Source: Actinomycetes bacterium (GTDB lineage Bacteria; Actinomycetota; Actinomycetes; Nanopelagicales; Nanopelagicaceae). Taken from it: a stretch of DNA of 40,191 bases. Below, piece after piece: positions 8,978-17,057 of the stretch; the stretch's first letter is position 1, and each line of letters opens with the position of its first letter. The position numbers and the translations under genes were made by a program. The notes beneath the pieces were generated by a model that was given only the letters and a program-made list of their open reading frames with translations, did not search any database and had not been told where the DNA came from. The stretch covers positions 1 through 40,191 of the forward strand of contig JAYVUF010000302.1 of assembly GCA_043788135.1 (NCBI GenBank), given 5' to 3'.

Positions 8978-9399
8978 ATCCGTTATTGGCGGGTGGGATT
9001 TTTGATCTGTTGTCGAATGTGCTGGATAAGGTTTTTCCTGATCCAGTGGAGGCAGCAAAGGCGAAGGTTGAGTTGATGAAGATGGCCCAGGACGGGCGAC
9101 TTGCGGAGTTGGCAGATGAGACTTCCAGGCTGAACGCTCAGGTTGCGGTGAATCAGGCTGAGGCTTCGAGCCCTGACAAATGGACTTCAGGCTGGCGTCC
9201 GGCTTTCGGCTGGATTGGGGCATTGGTGATTCTGAGCCAGTTCATCCTTCGTCCGTACCTTCCGTGGATCGTGGAGGTCTTCGGCGTGTATGTTCCACCA
9301 ATCCCTGCAATCGACATGGAAGCACTTTGGCCGCTTATTTTGGGCATTCTTGGCTTGAGCTGGAATCGCTCGCAAGATAAGAAGAATGGAGTTGCATAA
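8974..9399 (+). CDS. Holin, GTA-type 3-TM family (141 aa)
   Basis: Start at ATG 8974 (ATGA overlap). FPDPVEAAKAKVELMKMAQDGRLAEL...NQAEASSPDKWTSGWRPAFGWIGALVIL resembles the 3-TM holin family of gene transfer agents. Confidence 0.65.
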   Translation: MNPLLAGGIFDLLSNVLDKVFPDPVEAAKAKVELMKMAQDGRLAELADETSRLNAQVAVNQAEASSPDKWTSGWRPAFGWIGALVILSQFILRPYLPWIVEVFGVYVPPIPAIDMEALWPLILGILGLSWNRSQDKKNGVA

Positions 9400-9420
9400 C
9401 GAGGATTCTAAGGCAAACAG

Positions 9421-9445
9421 AAGGGGCTCTAATGGCCCCTTTTTT
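9421..9445. terminator. Bidirectional rho-independent terminator between the convergent arms
   Basis: aaggggc-tctaatg-gcccctt hairpin followed by ttttt on + and by ttctgttt on -. It sits between the holin stop (9399) and the stop of the leftward gene (9444-9446). Confidence 0.8.
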
Positions 9446-10649
9446 ATCGACTTGAATTTGCCCCCGGTCGGAAGATCATCTTGGTGCCTTCTTGCCGCAT
9501 GGTGATGAATCCTGAGCGGCATAAACCGGTTGTTACGTCCTCAAATTGCCGGTTGGAAGGGAAATGGGAATAGACTTGATGGTAAAGGCCTAGGTAGTCG
9601 ATTCCTTCCGGATAATTACGCACAATGTCAACGATCTTGGCTGCTGCGTTCGAAATGTCAGTTTGACCGATGTTGTCGAATACCATGTGCATGTCGGGTT
9701 CAAGGTCAGTGACCATTTGGGTTGCGGTCTGGAGGTTGTCTAGTGTTACTACCAACTCATCGGAACAGGATGCTGCAAGGATCATTGCTAGTTTGTGTGT
9801 ATGGGTCTGCTTCCTTGCAATATAGCCCCCATAGAGTGATTTATCCATGCTTTTGGATTGTGTTTTGTGATGACTTTCATACCACTCTCTTCCCCATTCC
9901 CTAGCTTCTTTAGTAAGCTTATACTCCCCTACAATCCGAGTGGATATGTGTTCTAAATCCTGAATGAGTTTTATTTTTGTATTGTCGTAATCTCTATCAA
10001 CTACCTCATCAGGGTAGGGAACGTAAGCTTCCTTCTGGTCTGCATAAATAAACAAGCAACGAGAGGCAAATCCTCCACCGATCAAGTATTTAGGAAAATT
10101 CTCAGAAATCCAAGACGGAGTTGTGCAGGCCAGAAGATTAATGAAGGGGTTAACTATCGTGTCGTTACCCGCCATTTTAGTCTCCTTTACAAAATTACCG
10201 TCCTTAGAATCCCACAGTGAAACAAACAGGTCTACCATCTCCCTATTCTTGGGATCGAAGAGGTTCCCAAATTCACCACTTACGATAGTAATTGGAGATT
10301 GAGAAAGGATTTTACCATTGTATTCAAACGTCTCCTCGGCTGCTGCAAACCCTTGAACAAGCTTCTCCCAGGTGGTTACTGTAGCTCCAAAGTTTATTCC
10401 CGGAACTTTACGCAAAAGATTCATTCCGATGTCAGCCGTGGTGGTTTTTGAAATGACTCCAGGAGGGGCTACCAAAATTATATATTGCCCATTATACCAA
10501 ATAAATCTCTTCATATCCATGAAAGTATGACGCCTCATGGCCCCAGCAATGACAGAACTTGCAACCCAAAAATTAAAACGGGTAGGGCTTTCTCCTCCTT
10601 GACAAAAGTTTATGTATGCCGTAATCCAGTCTGGAAAATTACGACTCAT
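9444..10649 (-). CDS. P-loop NTPase, DUF3987/VirE-like putative replicative helicase (401 aa)
   Basis: Walker A-like LVAPPGVISKTT and Walker B-like ITIVSGEF. The N-terminal region resembles DUF3987 (from memory). It is the last gene of the replication module. Confidence 0.55.
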   Translation of the reverse strand: MSRNFPDWITAYINFCQGGESPTRFNFWVASSVIAGAMRRHTFMDMKRFIWYNGQYIILVAPPGVISKTTTADIGMNLLRKVPGINFGATVTTWEKLVQGFAAAEETFEYNGKILSQSPITIVSGEFGNLFDPKNREMVDLFVSLWDSKDGNFVKETKMAGNDTIVNPFINLLACTTPSWISENFPKYLIGGGFASRCLFIYADQKEAYVPYPDEVVDRDYDNTKIKLIQDLEHISTRIVGEYKLTKEAREWGREWYESHHKTQSKSMDKSLYGGYIARKQTHTHKLAMILAASCSDELVVTLDNLQTATQMVTDLEPDMHMVFDNIGQTDISNAAAKIVDIVRNYPEGIDYLGLYHQVYSHFPSNRQFEDVTTGLCRSGFITMRQEGTKMIFRPGANSSR

Positions 10650-11109
10650 AGTAAGCTACTCCGTTAGACAATTCCCAAGACTTTCTTCTAGCACAAGCTT
10701 CAAAAAGGTCGCTGCCGTAATAGATTTTTAGAGGATTGCCATCTTGTCTAACCCAGGTTTCCCATTTTAGATTAACTTGGTGAAGGACTACCCCAGTGCA
10801 AGGTCGTCTATTTTTAGGGTATCTCTTATTATAAGTCTGCTCTACCGAGGTAGCCCAACGGCAGTTTTCTTTATTGTAATTTCCGTTATTATCTATCCTG
10901 TCTAGACTCCTATCTTTTGGTCTTTCCCCCATATCCGCTAAGAAGTTTGCAAAAGAATTCCAACGTTTGCAGATTGTGATACCCCTTCCACCCCATTCCG
11001 GGTAGCAGTCTGCATTAGGGTTGTTACATCTATTCCTCATAGCTTTCCAAGAGGAGTAGGTAGGACTTAACTTATAGCCTGTGGAATGGCCATGACTTTT
11101 TGTTGGCAT
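10639..11109 (-). CDS. HNH endonuclease with a C-terminal AP2-like DNA-binding domain (free-standing homing-endonuclease type, 156 aa)
   Basis: YSSWKAMRNRCNNPN...YPEWGGRGITICKRWNSFANFLADMGERP...SLDRIDNNGNYNKENCRWATSVEQ, then GVVLHQVNLKWETWV...YYGSDLFEACARR. Confidence 0.75.
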   Translation of the reverse strand: MPTKSHGHSTGYKLSPTYSSWKAMRNRCNNPNADCYPEWGGRGITICKRWNSFANFLADMGERPKDRSLDRIDNNGNYNKENCRWATSVEQTYNKRYPKNRRPCTGVVLHQVNLKWETWVRQDGNPLKIYYGSDLFEACARRKSWELSNGVAYYES

Positions 11110-11123
11110 CTCTTTTCCTCCAA

Positions 11124-13490
11124 TTATTTACATGCACCATAGCTTTCAGTGGAGAATTTAAAAGAGGTCGGAATGATTATTGGCTTAGAGAATGGCAAAA
11201 GGATTTGGGAATGTTCTTTAAGTTGGGCTATGCAGGATTCGGATTTAGAGGTAGGAAATTGGCCAACAAGGGAGTCGTGAACCTGCAACTGTACACTAAT
11301 GTCAGGACAAAAGTCAAATAAATTTTTATAGATCTTGTTTATGAGTAATGCCACACTTGATTGGGGTAAAGCTGCTATACATTCTTGGTAGGTGGAGTTC
11401 GTAATTCGATCTAGAATAAGAAACTTATACCCAAAAACGTTGCTAAAACTTTTTCTCGCAAGAATTTGTGCTTTAAAGCGTTCCTGCCATTGGCGGATTT
11501 TGGGAAAGCGTTTGAAGTACCAAGCTTGAATGCGCTCTACGTCCGCTAACGGCAAACCTGTCTGGGCGGAAAGGCCAGGGGGCATCCCTAAATAATGAGA
11601 GCCATGACAAAGAGCTTTGAAGGTTTTATAGGCTTCGTGTTCCTTAGTTATTGAGTCGTCGTGATAGAATTCCCTAGCCACCATCACATAAGGCTTCAAA
11701 CCTGCATCTAGCCATTCAGCCATGTTTTCTTCGCCGGATTCGGCCACTACTATTCGTAAGTCAGCAGAATCTAAGTCCATATCAAACATTGTATAGCCTG
11801 GGTCTGGGATAAACATCGGCTTTACTATTGGGGGAAGGTTTTGTAAGTTTGTGCCTTCCCCGAAAGCGTCTTCGCGAGAACTGAACCTAAATGTCCAAGT
11901 ACCAGCTACGTTAAATGATGTCCGCATTCTTCCATCTTGACCGACTTTAGCACTGACGAAGGTTGAATAGAGGGTGCCGAGTGAGCGATAGCGGACGATT
12001 TTGTCCACCAGTTCGCGCATTAGAGGCTCACGGACTGCAACTTTTTCTAGTGCATCTTCAGCGGTTGTGACGGTTCCTGTTTTGCGATTGAAGGTAGGAG
12101 GGAGGCCAAGGTCTTTGAAGAAGAATTTATTAAGCTGGGCAGGCGAACGAAGGTTAAGGGGGTGACCTATAAGACTGTCGATGTAAGTTTGAATGGCAGA
12201 CATTTCGGTTTTCATTTCATTGCCGACTCTCTTCTGCAATGCAGCATCAATTAAGACGCCTTTATTCATGGAGGCAAGAACTGGCCAGAACATGGATTGC
12301 TGGAAATCGTGAGGGCCGCGAAGGCCCATTGAATCGACGACCTTTTGAATTACAGTATCGACTTCGTAGGTATAGACTGCGTCCTGACAGTTGTATGACC
12401 AGAATTCCTCCTCCGTGGATTTATCATTTGGTTTCCATTCCTTGCCCTCATCCTTCCAGTAGACATAATGCGAGGCATACATGCTGGCGAGATAGTCTAA
12501 ACTTTTCGGCATTGTGGAAAAACAAGTGTGCTGAGCAAGCATAGTATCTCGGGCAAGATTTGGTAGGAAGAACAAATGGCGCCAGAAATACTGAATGTCG
12601 TAGATGAAGTTTTGTCCTACAGCGTGCGCATTCGGGTGAGTAAGGATTCGGTAGAGTTTCCATGAGATTTGAGCCTCTTGGTCCAGGGTCCAGTAACCTT
12701 GAGCGTTTGTACGGGTCATGAATGGGATGCAGATTGCTTCCGTATTGGACCAAGCTATCCCAAGACAAGCCAAGTATCCGGCACGGGTTTCAACGTCAAG
12801 GGAAAGTTTAGTGGGTCCGCGTAGTACGCTTGCGTGAATCTTGTCCAATCGAAGGAGTGTAGCTTCGAACGTCGGACGAACTTCAAATCGGAAGTCAGGA
12901 TTGTTATAGAGAGGCGTTTGTGATTCATGGAGGGCTCTCTTGAGGTCGCGAATGATGATTGGACGCCACTTCCATTGGGTCATGACGCTTGCGGGGGAAT
13001 AGGTTGGGATTACCTTTACATGACGGGGAGGCGATCCGTCGGCAAAATCATAAAGCCGTAACGTTTCGAGGCAAGAACCTCTCCATTTTGGAGCCGACCA
13101 TTTGCCTGTAAGCGCCCATAAAGCCAATGTTCCGCAAGCAATGATGCAAGCCGGTTTTGTTTGCAAGATTTCACTCTCAAGTGCTTGAATTTCGTCAAGC
13201 ACACTAGGGATGACCCAACGGCCAAGATGAGAGACATGCTCGGTTGTGCGATCCTTTTTCTTTGTTGGGGAGAGAAGTTCCAGATTGCCTGCTGTCGGAC
13301 GATTTCTATAGGCCATAGTGACGCGGCAGGCAGTTCGTAGAATTCCGGCCTCTTGCATGATGCGGGAGAATTCATGACCAGTTGTGCCAGCAAAGGGAAG
13401 TCTATCATACACGTCGCTCTCGGAAGGAAAATCCCCCACAATCATAATAGATGCAGGGGTTGGGCCTTCAGCCTGAATGGATGGGATCAT
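11124..13490 (-). CDS. Family A DNA polymerase with 3'-5' exonuclease and an N-terminal UDG-superfamily domain (788 aa)
   Basis: N-terminus IMIVGDFPSESD...LPFAGTTG...VIPTYSPASV (UDG family-4-like). Exo motifs LSLDVETR and YNCQDAVYTYE. Pol motif A FDMDLDSADLRIVA, motif B KTFKALCHGSHYLG, motif C QVHDSLVGQ. Confidence 0.85.
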   Translation of the reverse strand: MIPSIQAEGPTPASIMIVGDFPSESDVYDRLPFAGTTGHEFSRIMQEAGILRTACRVTMAYRNRPTAGNLELLSPTKKKDRTTEHVSHLGRWVIPSVLDEIQALESEILQTKPACIIACGTLALWALTGKWSAPKWRGSCLETLRLYDFADGSPPRHVKVIPTYSPASVMTQWKWRPIIIRDLKRALHESQTPLYNNPDFRFEVRPTFEATLLRLDKIHASVLRGPTKLSLDVETRAGYLACLGIAWSNTEAICIPFMTRTNAQGYWTLDQEAQISWKLYRILTHPNAHAVGQNFIYDIQYFWRHLFFLPNLARDTMLAQHTCFSTMPKSLDYLASMYASHYVYWKDEGKEWKPNDKSTEEEFWSYNCQDAVYTYEVDTVIQKVVDSMGLRGPHDFQQSMFWPVLASMNKGVLIDAALQKRVGNEMKTEMSAIQTYIDSLIGHPLNLRSPAQLNKFFFKDLGLPPTFNRKTGTVTTAEDALEKVAVREPLMRELVDKIVRYRSLGTLYSTFVSAKVGQDGRMRTSFNVAGTWTFRFSSREDAFGEGTNLQNLPPIVKPMFIPDPGYTMFDMDLDSADLRIVVAESGEENMAEWLDAGLKPYVMVAREFYHDDSITKEHEAYKTFKALCHGSHYLGMPPGLSAQTGLPLADVERIQAWYFKRFPKIRQWQERFKAQILARKSFSNVFGYKFLILDRITNSTYQECIAALPQSSVALLINKIYKNLFDFCPDISVQLQVHDSLVGQFPTSKSESCIAQLKEHSQILLPFSKPIIIPTSFKFSTESYGACK

Positions 13491-13491
13491 T

Positions 13492-13836
13492 CTAAACCCC
13501 TCTGATTCGATTCAATGCACGGCGAAAGAAGTCTTTGACTGGGGTAGGCTTGGTATAAGAAAGGCTAGAATTCAGATCGATTCTAGATTGGATGGCGTTT
13601 TTTATAACGTCTTCCCAATCACGTGGAGGGACGAAGACAGCTTCGCGAATTGTGGGGGTTGAACGGACAGGTTCGGAAAGTTTGCGCATGAACCATTTTA
13701 CTTGCTTGGTATGGTATGGGATTTTCTCTGAAATCAATTTTCGATTGAAATCTCGTACTGGAAGCTCGTCAAAATGTTTGAGTCTTGCTGAGTGATAGGC
13801 AAGGCATTCTTTTAAATATGCAGTATGAGTTTGCAT
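13492..13836 (-). CDS. Hypothetical protein (114 aa)
   Basis: Start trimmed to ATG 13836 (MQTHTAYLKE...), preceded by GGAGAAATAAC and directly after the upstream TAA. The longer track ORF's N-terminus is low-complexity and overlaps a better ORF. Confidence 0.55.
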   Translation of the reverse strand: MQTHTAYLKECLAYHSARLKHFDELPVRDFNRKLISEKIPYHTKQVKWFMRKLSEPVRSTPTIREAVFVPPRDWEDVIKNAIQSRIDLNSSLSYTKPTPVKDFFRRALNRIRGV

Positions 13837-13837
13837 G

Positions 13838-14083
13838 TTATTTCTCCGAGGGTTGGTCGTAGGAGCCTCTGACCGGCAGAGACTTAAATCCGATTTCCTT
13901 TGAGATTGCAACTTGTTCTGGGATTGTGAGGAGGTTGCGTTCTCGGTCGAAGGCTGCATGGAATTCGGTTGTGAGAATGTCATTAGAGAACCACTCGCTT
14001 CCGTTGGGTTCAAATCTCCACAAAGTGAGGAGTTCTTTGTAGGATGCATGGGTGAGGAAGGTTTTTTGCCGACTAGTAATCAC
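13838..14083 (-). CDS. Hypothetical protein (81 aa)
   Basis: GTG start in a GTGA overlap with the upstream stop. Protein-like sequence. Confidence 0.5.
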   Translation of the reverse strand: MITSRQKTFLTHASYKELLTLWRFEPNGSEWFSNDILTTEFHAAFDRERNLLTIPEQVAISKEIGFKSLPVRGSYDQPSEK

Positions 14084-14283
14084 AACTCGTCCCCTCTACC
14101 CTGATTTATCAAATCCAAAGATTCCACCAACTCATGTAAAAGTGGGATTTCCAACATAAGCCCATCTTTTGGTACAAAAACCCACTGAGTATAGGGTTTT
14201 CTAAAAAACCCAATTCGTTGTCCTGTGAGAGATACTACATCCTTACTGTCAGCGTCTAAGTTATGTAAACGGAAATATTGCAT
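14080..14283 (-). CDS. Hypothetical protein (67 aa)
   Basis: ATG preceded by GGAGAA. Intact ORF. Confidence 0.55.
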   Translation of the reverse strand: MQYFRLHNLDADSKDVVSLTGQRIGFFRKPYTQWVFVPKDGLMLEIPLLHELVESLDLINQGRGDEL

Positions 14284-14328
14284 TGTCTAATTCTCCAAAA
14301 AGAAGGCCTTCCTTGGCCGTTTGCTTCC

Positions 14329-14784
14329 TTAGTATTTGGTTACGGCTGCAATGTTTTCTTGCAAGGCTTGTGAGCCGTCTTTTGCGGTGTAGGCGGAATG
14401 GATGATTCGGCCTTTAGCCATCCGGCCAATCATCATGCCTGGAGAGAATTTGTCCCCGTTGAGGTCGAGTGCTTGACGGAGTTTGCCAAGTTGAACGTTA
14501 GCCTTGGCCTTCTCCATGTCTATGAGCCCGTCATCGGTAAGGTCGAAGCCGATGCCATACTTGACGATTACTTTATCGCGTTTGCAGGCCTGTTTAACAC
14601 CCTCGTCTTCAATACTCCAGAAGACATCCATAAAAACCCCGGATTTGCCATCCTTGGACCACTTGCGGGCATCCAGTTTGTCCACAGTCATTGGGTATTC
14701 GCCCACAGGGCAAAGAAGACGTTCGGTAGCGGAAGGTTCTTGGAATACGGTTTCGAGAAAGCTGCTAGGATCGAAGTCGGACAT
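14329..14784 (-). CDS. DUF669-like protein, partner of the Sak4-type ATPase (possible ssDNA-binding/accessory, 151 aa)
   Basis: MSDFDPSSF...LLCPVGEYPMTVDKLDARKW...SGVFMDVFWSIED matches the remembered DUF669 N-terminal pattern. It sits two genes downstream of an AAA_24-like ATPase, as in many phages. Confidence 0.5.
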   Translation of the reverse strand: MSDFDPSSFLETVFQEPSATERLLCPVGEYPMTVDKLDARKWSKDGKSGVFMDVFWSIEDEGVKQACKRDKVIVKYGIGFDLTDDGLIDMEKAKANVQLGKLRQALDLNGDKFSPGMMIGRMAKGRIIHSAYTAKDGSQALQENIAAVTKY

Positions 14785-14801
14785 TTTGAGTACCTTTGAG
14801 A

Positions 14802-15104
14802 TTAGAGTTCAATACGAGAGATAAGAGAGGCGATTTGGTTTTGGAGTTTCATTAGGTAGTCATTTTTGCTCCTTAGAGTGGATGTTAGGCTGCTAGTAGG
14901 CATGTCTACAGCGTTTGCTGCTGTGCTGCCTGATGGAGGTGGAGACTGTGGGGTGCAGACTGAAGCCAACCTGTTTTCCAGTTTGTCTATGAAAGTCTCC
15001 AACATCCCAATGTTGTAAGACAAATCATCCACGACAGAAGAAATTGGGGTAGGCTCCCTAGGAGCTTCGTCCTGAGGCCAAGATTCATTCATGTGTTTGC
15101 TCAC
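14802..15104 (-). CDS. Hypothetical protein (100 aa; alternative ATG at 15092)
   Basis: GTGA overlap with the Sak4-like stop. The termini are predicted helical and the middle is P/S-rich. Confidence 0.5.
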   Translation of the reverse strand: MSKHMNESWPQDEAPREPTPISSVVDDLSYNIGMLETFIDKLENRLASVCTPQSPPPSGSTAANAVDMPTSSLTSTLRSKNDYLMKLQNQIASLISRIEL

Positions 15105-15970
15105 GAAATTATTGTATCAACGTGGGGAACTGGGGTTTGCGTTTCAGGTGTTACGCGATTTTTCCACTTTGTGAGGATCGGGGCGAACGAGGGAGACTGG
15201 CCCGCTTTGATAGGAAGATTGCGAGTCTTCAAATCAGCTTGCGAGTTAGCTGTATCCCAGGTCCATGAAGTTCCTTCGCGAACGGTAAGGATCACGTCGG
15301 AGAACATTGGGGCGATTTTGGGTGGAAGGGCCTTTCCTAGTGTCGATACAGAAATCTTTGATCCGCCCAGGATGGTATCGGTTTCGCGTTCGACATGGGA
15401 GAGGAGGACGAACCAAGCCGGGCAGTTGTCGCAAAGCATGCGAAGAAGGCGTTCGGTTTGGTCCTGAGCTACCCCCCATTCGGCCTGGTTCTTTACCGGT
15501 TTGCCACCGATAACGAGAGTCATGGCTGCTGCGCCGATGCCAGTCAGACCGTCGATGACAATGGCCCGAGTTGAATCCCAGTCTTGCACGCTTCCATAGG
15601 ATTTGCCAGTACGCTCATCCGGGAATTCATTCAAGATTGTTAGGAGTTGCACGAATCGATCGTGTTTGGCTCGGTCAGGGTCTTGTAATTTCGAAATAGA
15701 TTCGAAAGATTGAGTGTTGATCTTTTTGGCGGTGGAAATCATTTCCGAGAAGCTGGCATTCGTAACTGGCATGCGAGCCCAATGCAAGTTTTCAGGGATG
15801 GATTGGCCTTTGTCACGCCAGTAGCCCAGGAGGGATTCCAAGCCGGTTTCCATATCGAGATAAAAGACTTCGATACCGGAGTCGACAAGGGTGCCAATGG
15901 CGGTAGTTTTGCCTGAGCCTGCTGGCCCCATTAGGAGGACGTTGGGGCCACGAATAATGTCTTGAGTCAT
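15101..15970 (-). CDS. Sak4-like / AAA_24 RecA-fold ATPase (recombination mediator, 289 aa)
   Basis: Walker A LLMGPAGSGKTT and Walker B AIVIDGLTG. Length and layout are typical of phage Sak4/AAA_24 proteins. Confidence 0.7.
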   Translation of the reverse strand: MTQDIIRGPNVLLMGPAGSGKTTAIGTLVDSGIEVFYLDMETGLESLLGYWRDKGQSIPENLHWARMPVTNASFSEMISTAKKINTQSFESISKLQDPDRAKHDRFVQLLTILNEFPDERTGKSYGSVQDWDSTRAIVIDGLTGIGAAAMTLVIGGKPVKNQAEWGVAQDQTERLLRMLCDNCPAWFVLLSHVERETDTILGGSKISVSTLGKALPPKIAPMFSDVILTVREGTSWTWDTANSQADLKTRNLPIKAGQSPSFAPILTKWKNRVTPETQTPVPHVDTIIS

Positions 15971-16152
15971 GATGCTAGTTGCTCCAAAATTGAATGTTGA
16001 GCTTCTTCATACGCAAGCCAAAGATCATGGGTAAGTGTGTCGTATGTACGGCAGGTCAAGAGGTTCGACTGGCGCAATGTCTTGAGTGACCTCCGAGCTT
16101 GGAGAATGGTCTTCAACGCTTCCTTGGGACTTTCTTTTTGTGTCGTATGCAT
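15967..16152 (-). CDS. Helical C-terminal reading frame (61 aa from ATG 16152). It is probably the C-terminal half of the 16025-16456 gene product, reached by a +1 shift
   Basis: ATGA-coupled to the Sak4-like gene. It overlaps the upstream ORF by 128 nt in the +1 frame. See the frameshift finding. Confidence 0.45.
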   Translation of the reverse strand: MHTTQKESPKEALKTILQARRSLKTLRQSNLLTCRTYDTLTHDLWLAYEEAQHSILEQLAS

Positions 16153-16456
16153 GGAGATAGACTTTAAGGTAAAGGGAACGTGGATTGCAAGCATGTTCGG
16201 CAGCAAATGGTACGATTTCTAGTGAATGGGAGAAGTCGGAACCATTGTGCGTACAAGTCCAACGAGCTGTGTCGAGTTCAGACGGGTCGAAGGAAAATCC
16301 ATTACGTAAGAGCCATCTAGTACGGTCCGAGAGGGTTTCGAACAAGAGTGTGTAGTAGGGTTTGTGCTTTGCATTAGGGAATGCCTGGATGATTGGATTA
16401 GCCAACGTAGTCCTCCTCATCTTCACCTTGAGTGCGCTCAGGGTAGAAGAAATCAA
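16025..16456 (-). CDS. Hypothetical protein (143 aa as drawn; alternative start at ATG 16420). The part 3' of 16135 may not be the biologically used frame
   Basis: The N-terminal 107 aa are protein-like (NPIIQAFPNAKHKPYYTLLFETLSDRTRWLLRNGF...). The tail after the A5 run is S/P/E/D-rich and overlaps a better frame. Confidence 0.45.
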   Translation of the reverse strand: MISSTLSALKVKMRRTTLANPIIQAFPNAKHKPYYTLLFETLSDRTRWLLRNGFSFDPSELDTARWTCTHNGSDFSHSLEIVPFAAEHACNPRSLYLKVYLHAYDTKRKSQGSVEDHSPSSEVTQDIAPVEPLDLPYIRHTYP

Positions 16457-16718
16457 ATTGTTGGCCGGATGGGCTAATCATTTTTTGAACCCAGCCATGG
16501 TTTTTACCTTCTACCCAACCATAAGTAACAAGTTTATCAAAGAATCCCTGGAGATTTGGCTCAGGAATCTGACGAACTCGGTAAAGAACTACATCAATAT
16601 CTTTCCGTTCTCCGCCTTTGTATAAGCATCCTCCAGTTAAAGCGACATGCAGGCCAAAGTCAGGTGCATGTTGCTCTAATTGGATACATTGATAGACCGC
16701 TTCTTCTAAATTAGCCAT
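16398..16718 (-). CDS. Minimal nucleotidyltransferase-fold protein (Pol-beta superfamily, 106 aa)
   Basis: LHVALTGGCLYKGGERKDIDVVLY fits hG[GS]-x9-13-Dh[DE]h. A further acidic residue lies in QQFDFFY. Confidence 0.55.
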   Translation of the reverse strand: MANLEEAVYQCIQLEQHAPDFGLHVALTGGCLYKGGERKDIDVVLYRVRQIPEPNLQGFFDKLVTYGWVEGKNHGWVQKMISPSGQQFDFFYPERTQGEDEEDYVG

Positions 16719-16905
16719 GACGACTCCGACGCATTGGTTCAGGTTTGTAAGGAACGTTGGTTAGCCACTTGGCGTAGGCTTCTTCGATGGTAGGTCCGAA
16801 AGCCAAATGAAGAAAACCTTCCGGCGTGAACGATTCGCACCGCCAACGCCATTCAAGATGTTTGTCCATCAGATGCCCGGTTGAGACTCGGATTCGGGGT
16901 TTCAT
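16711..16905 (-). CDS. Hypothetical protein (64 aa)
   Basis: ATG 16905 preceded by GAGGGAAAGCATT. Its stop overlaps the NTase start by 8 nt. Confidence 0.5.
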   Translation of the reverse strand: MKPRIRVSTGHLMDKHLEWRWRCESFTPEGFLHLAFGPTIEEAYAKWLTNVPYKPEPMRRSRHG

Positions 16906-17057
16906 AATGCTTTCCCTCAAGTTTCAGGAGAGTGCGAGAGTAGGCCCATTGGATTACGTATTCGAGCGACTTGTCGTAGAAGAATGCAATGGAGTGGTCA
17001 TAATAGGTGACTTTCCAATCGGCAATTCCCAAGCAATAGTCTGTTCGAATACGAGGT

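Noticed and set aside
14298-14320. Hairpin ggcc-aaggaa-ggcc plus a T-run on the - strand, between the DUF669-like gene and the next ORF, considered as a terminator
   Set aside because: The stem is only 4 bp, which is too weak to call. It may at most be a minor attenuator.
16853-17057. Possible small gene in the 137-nt gap after the Cas4-like gene (frame reading ...IADWKVTYYDHSIAFFYDKSLEYVIQWAYSRTLLKLEGK...)
   Set aside because: The sequence is protein-like, but the frame has no ATG/GTG start after the upstream stop (only TTG 17032 with no SD). It would also overlap the next gene by ~50 nt. It is left unannotated and is worth a Ribo-seq check.
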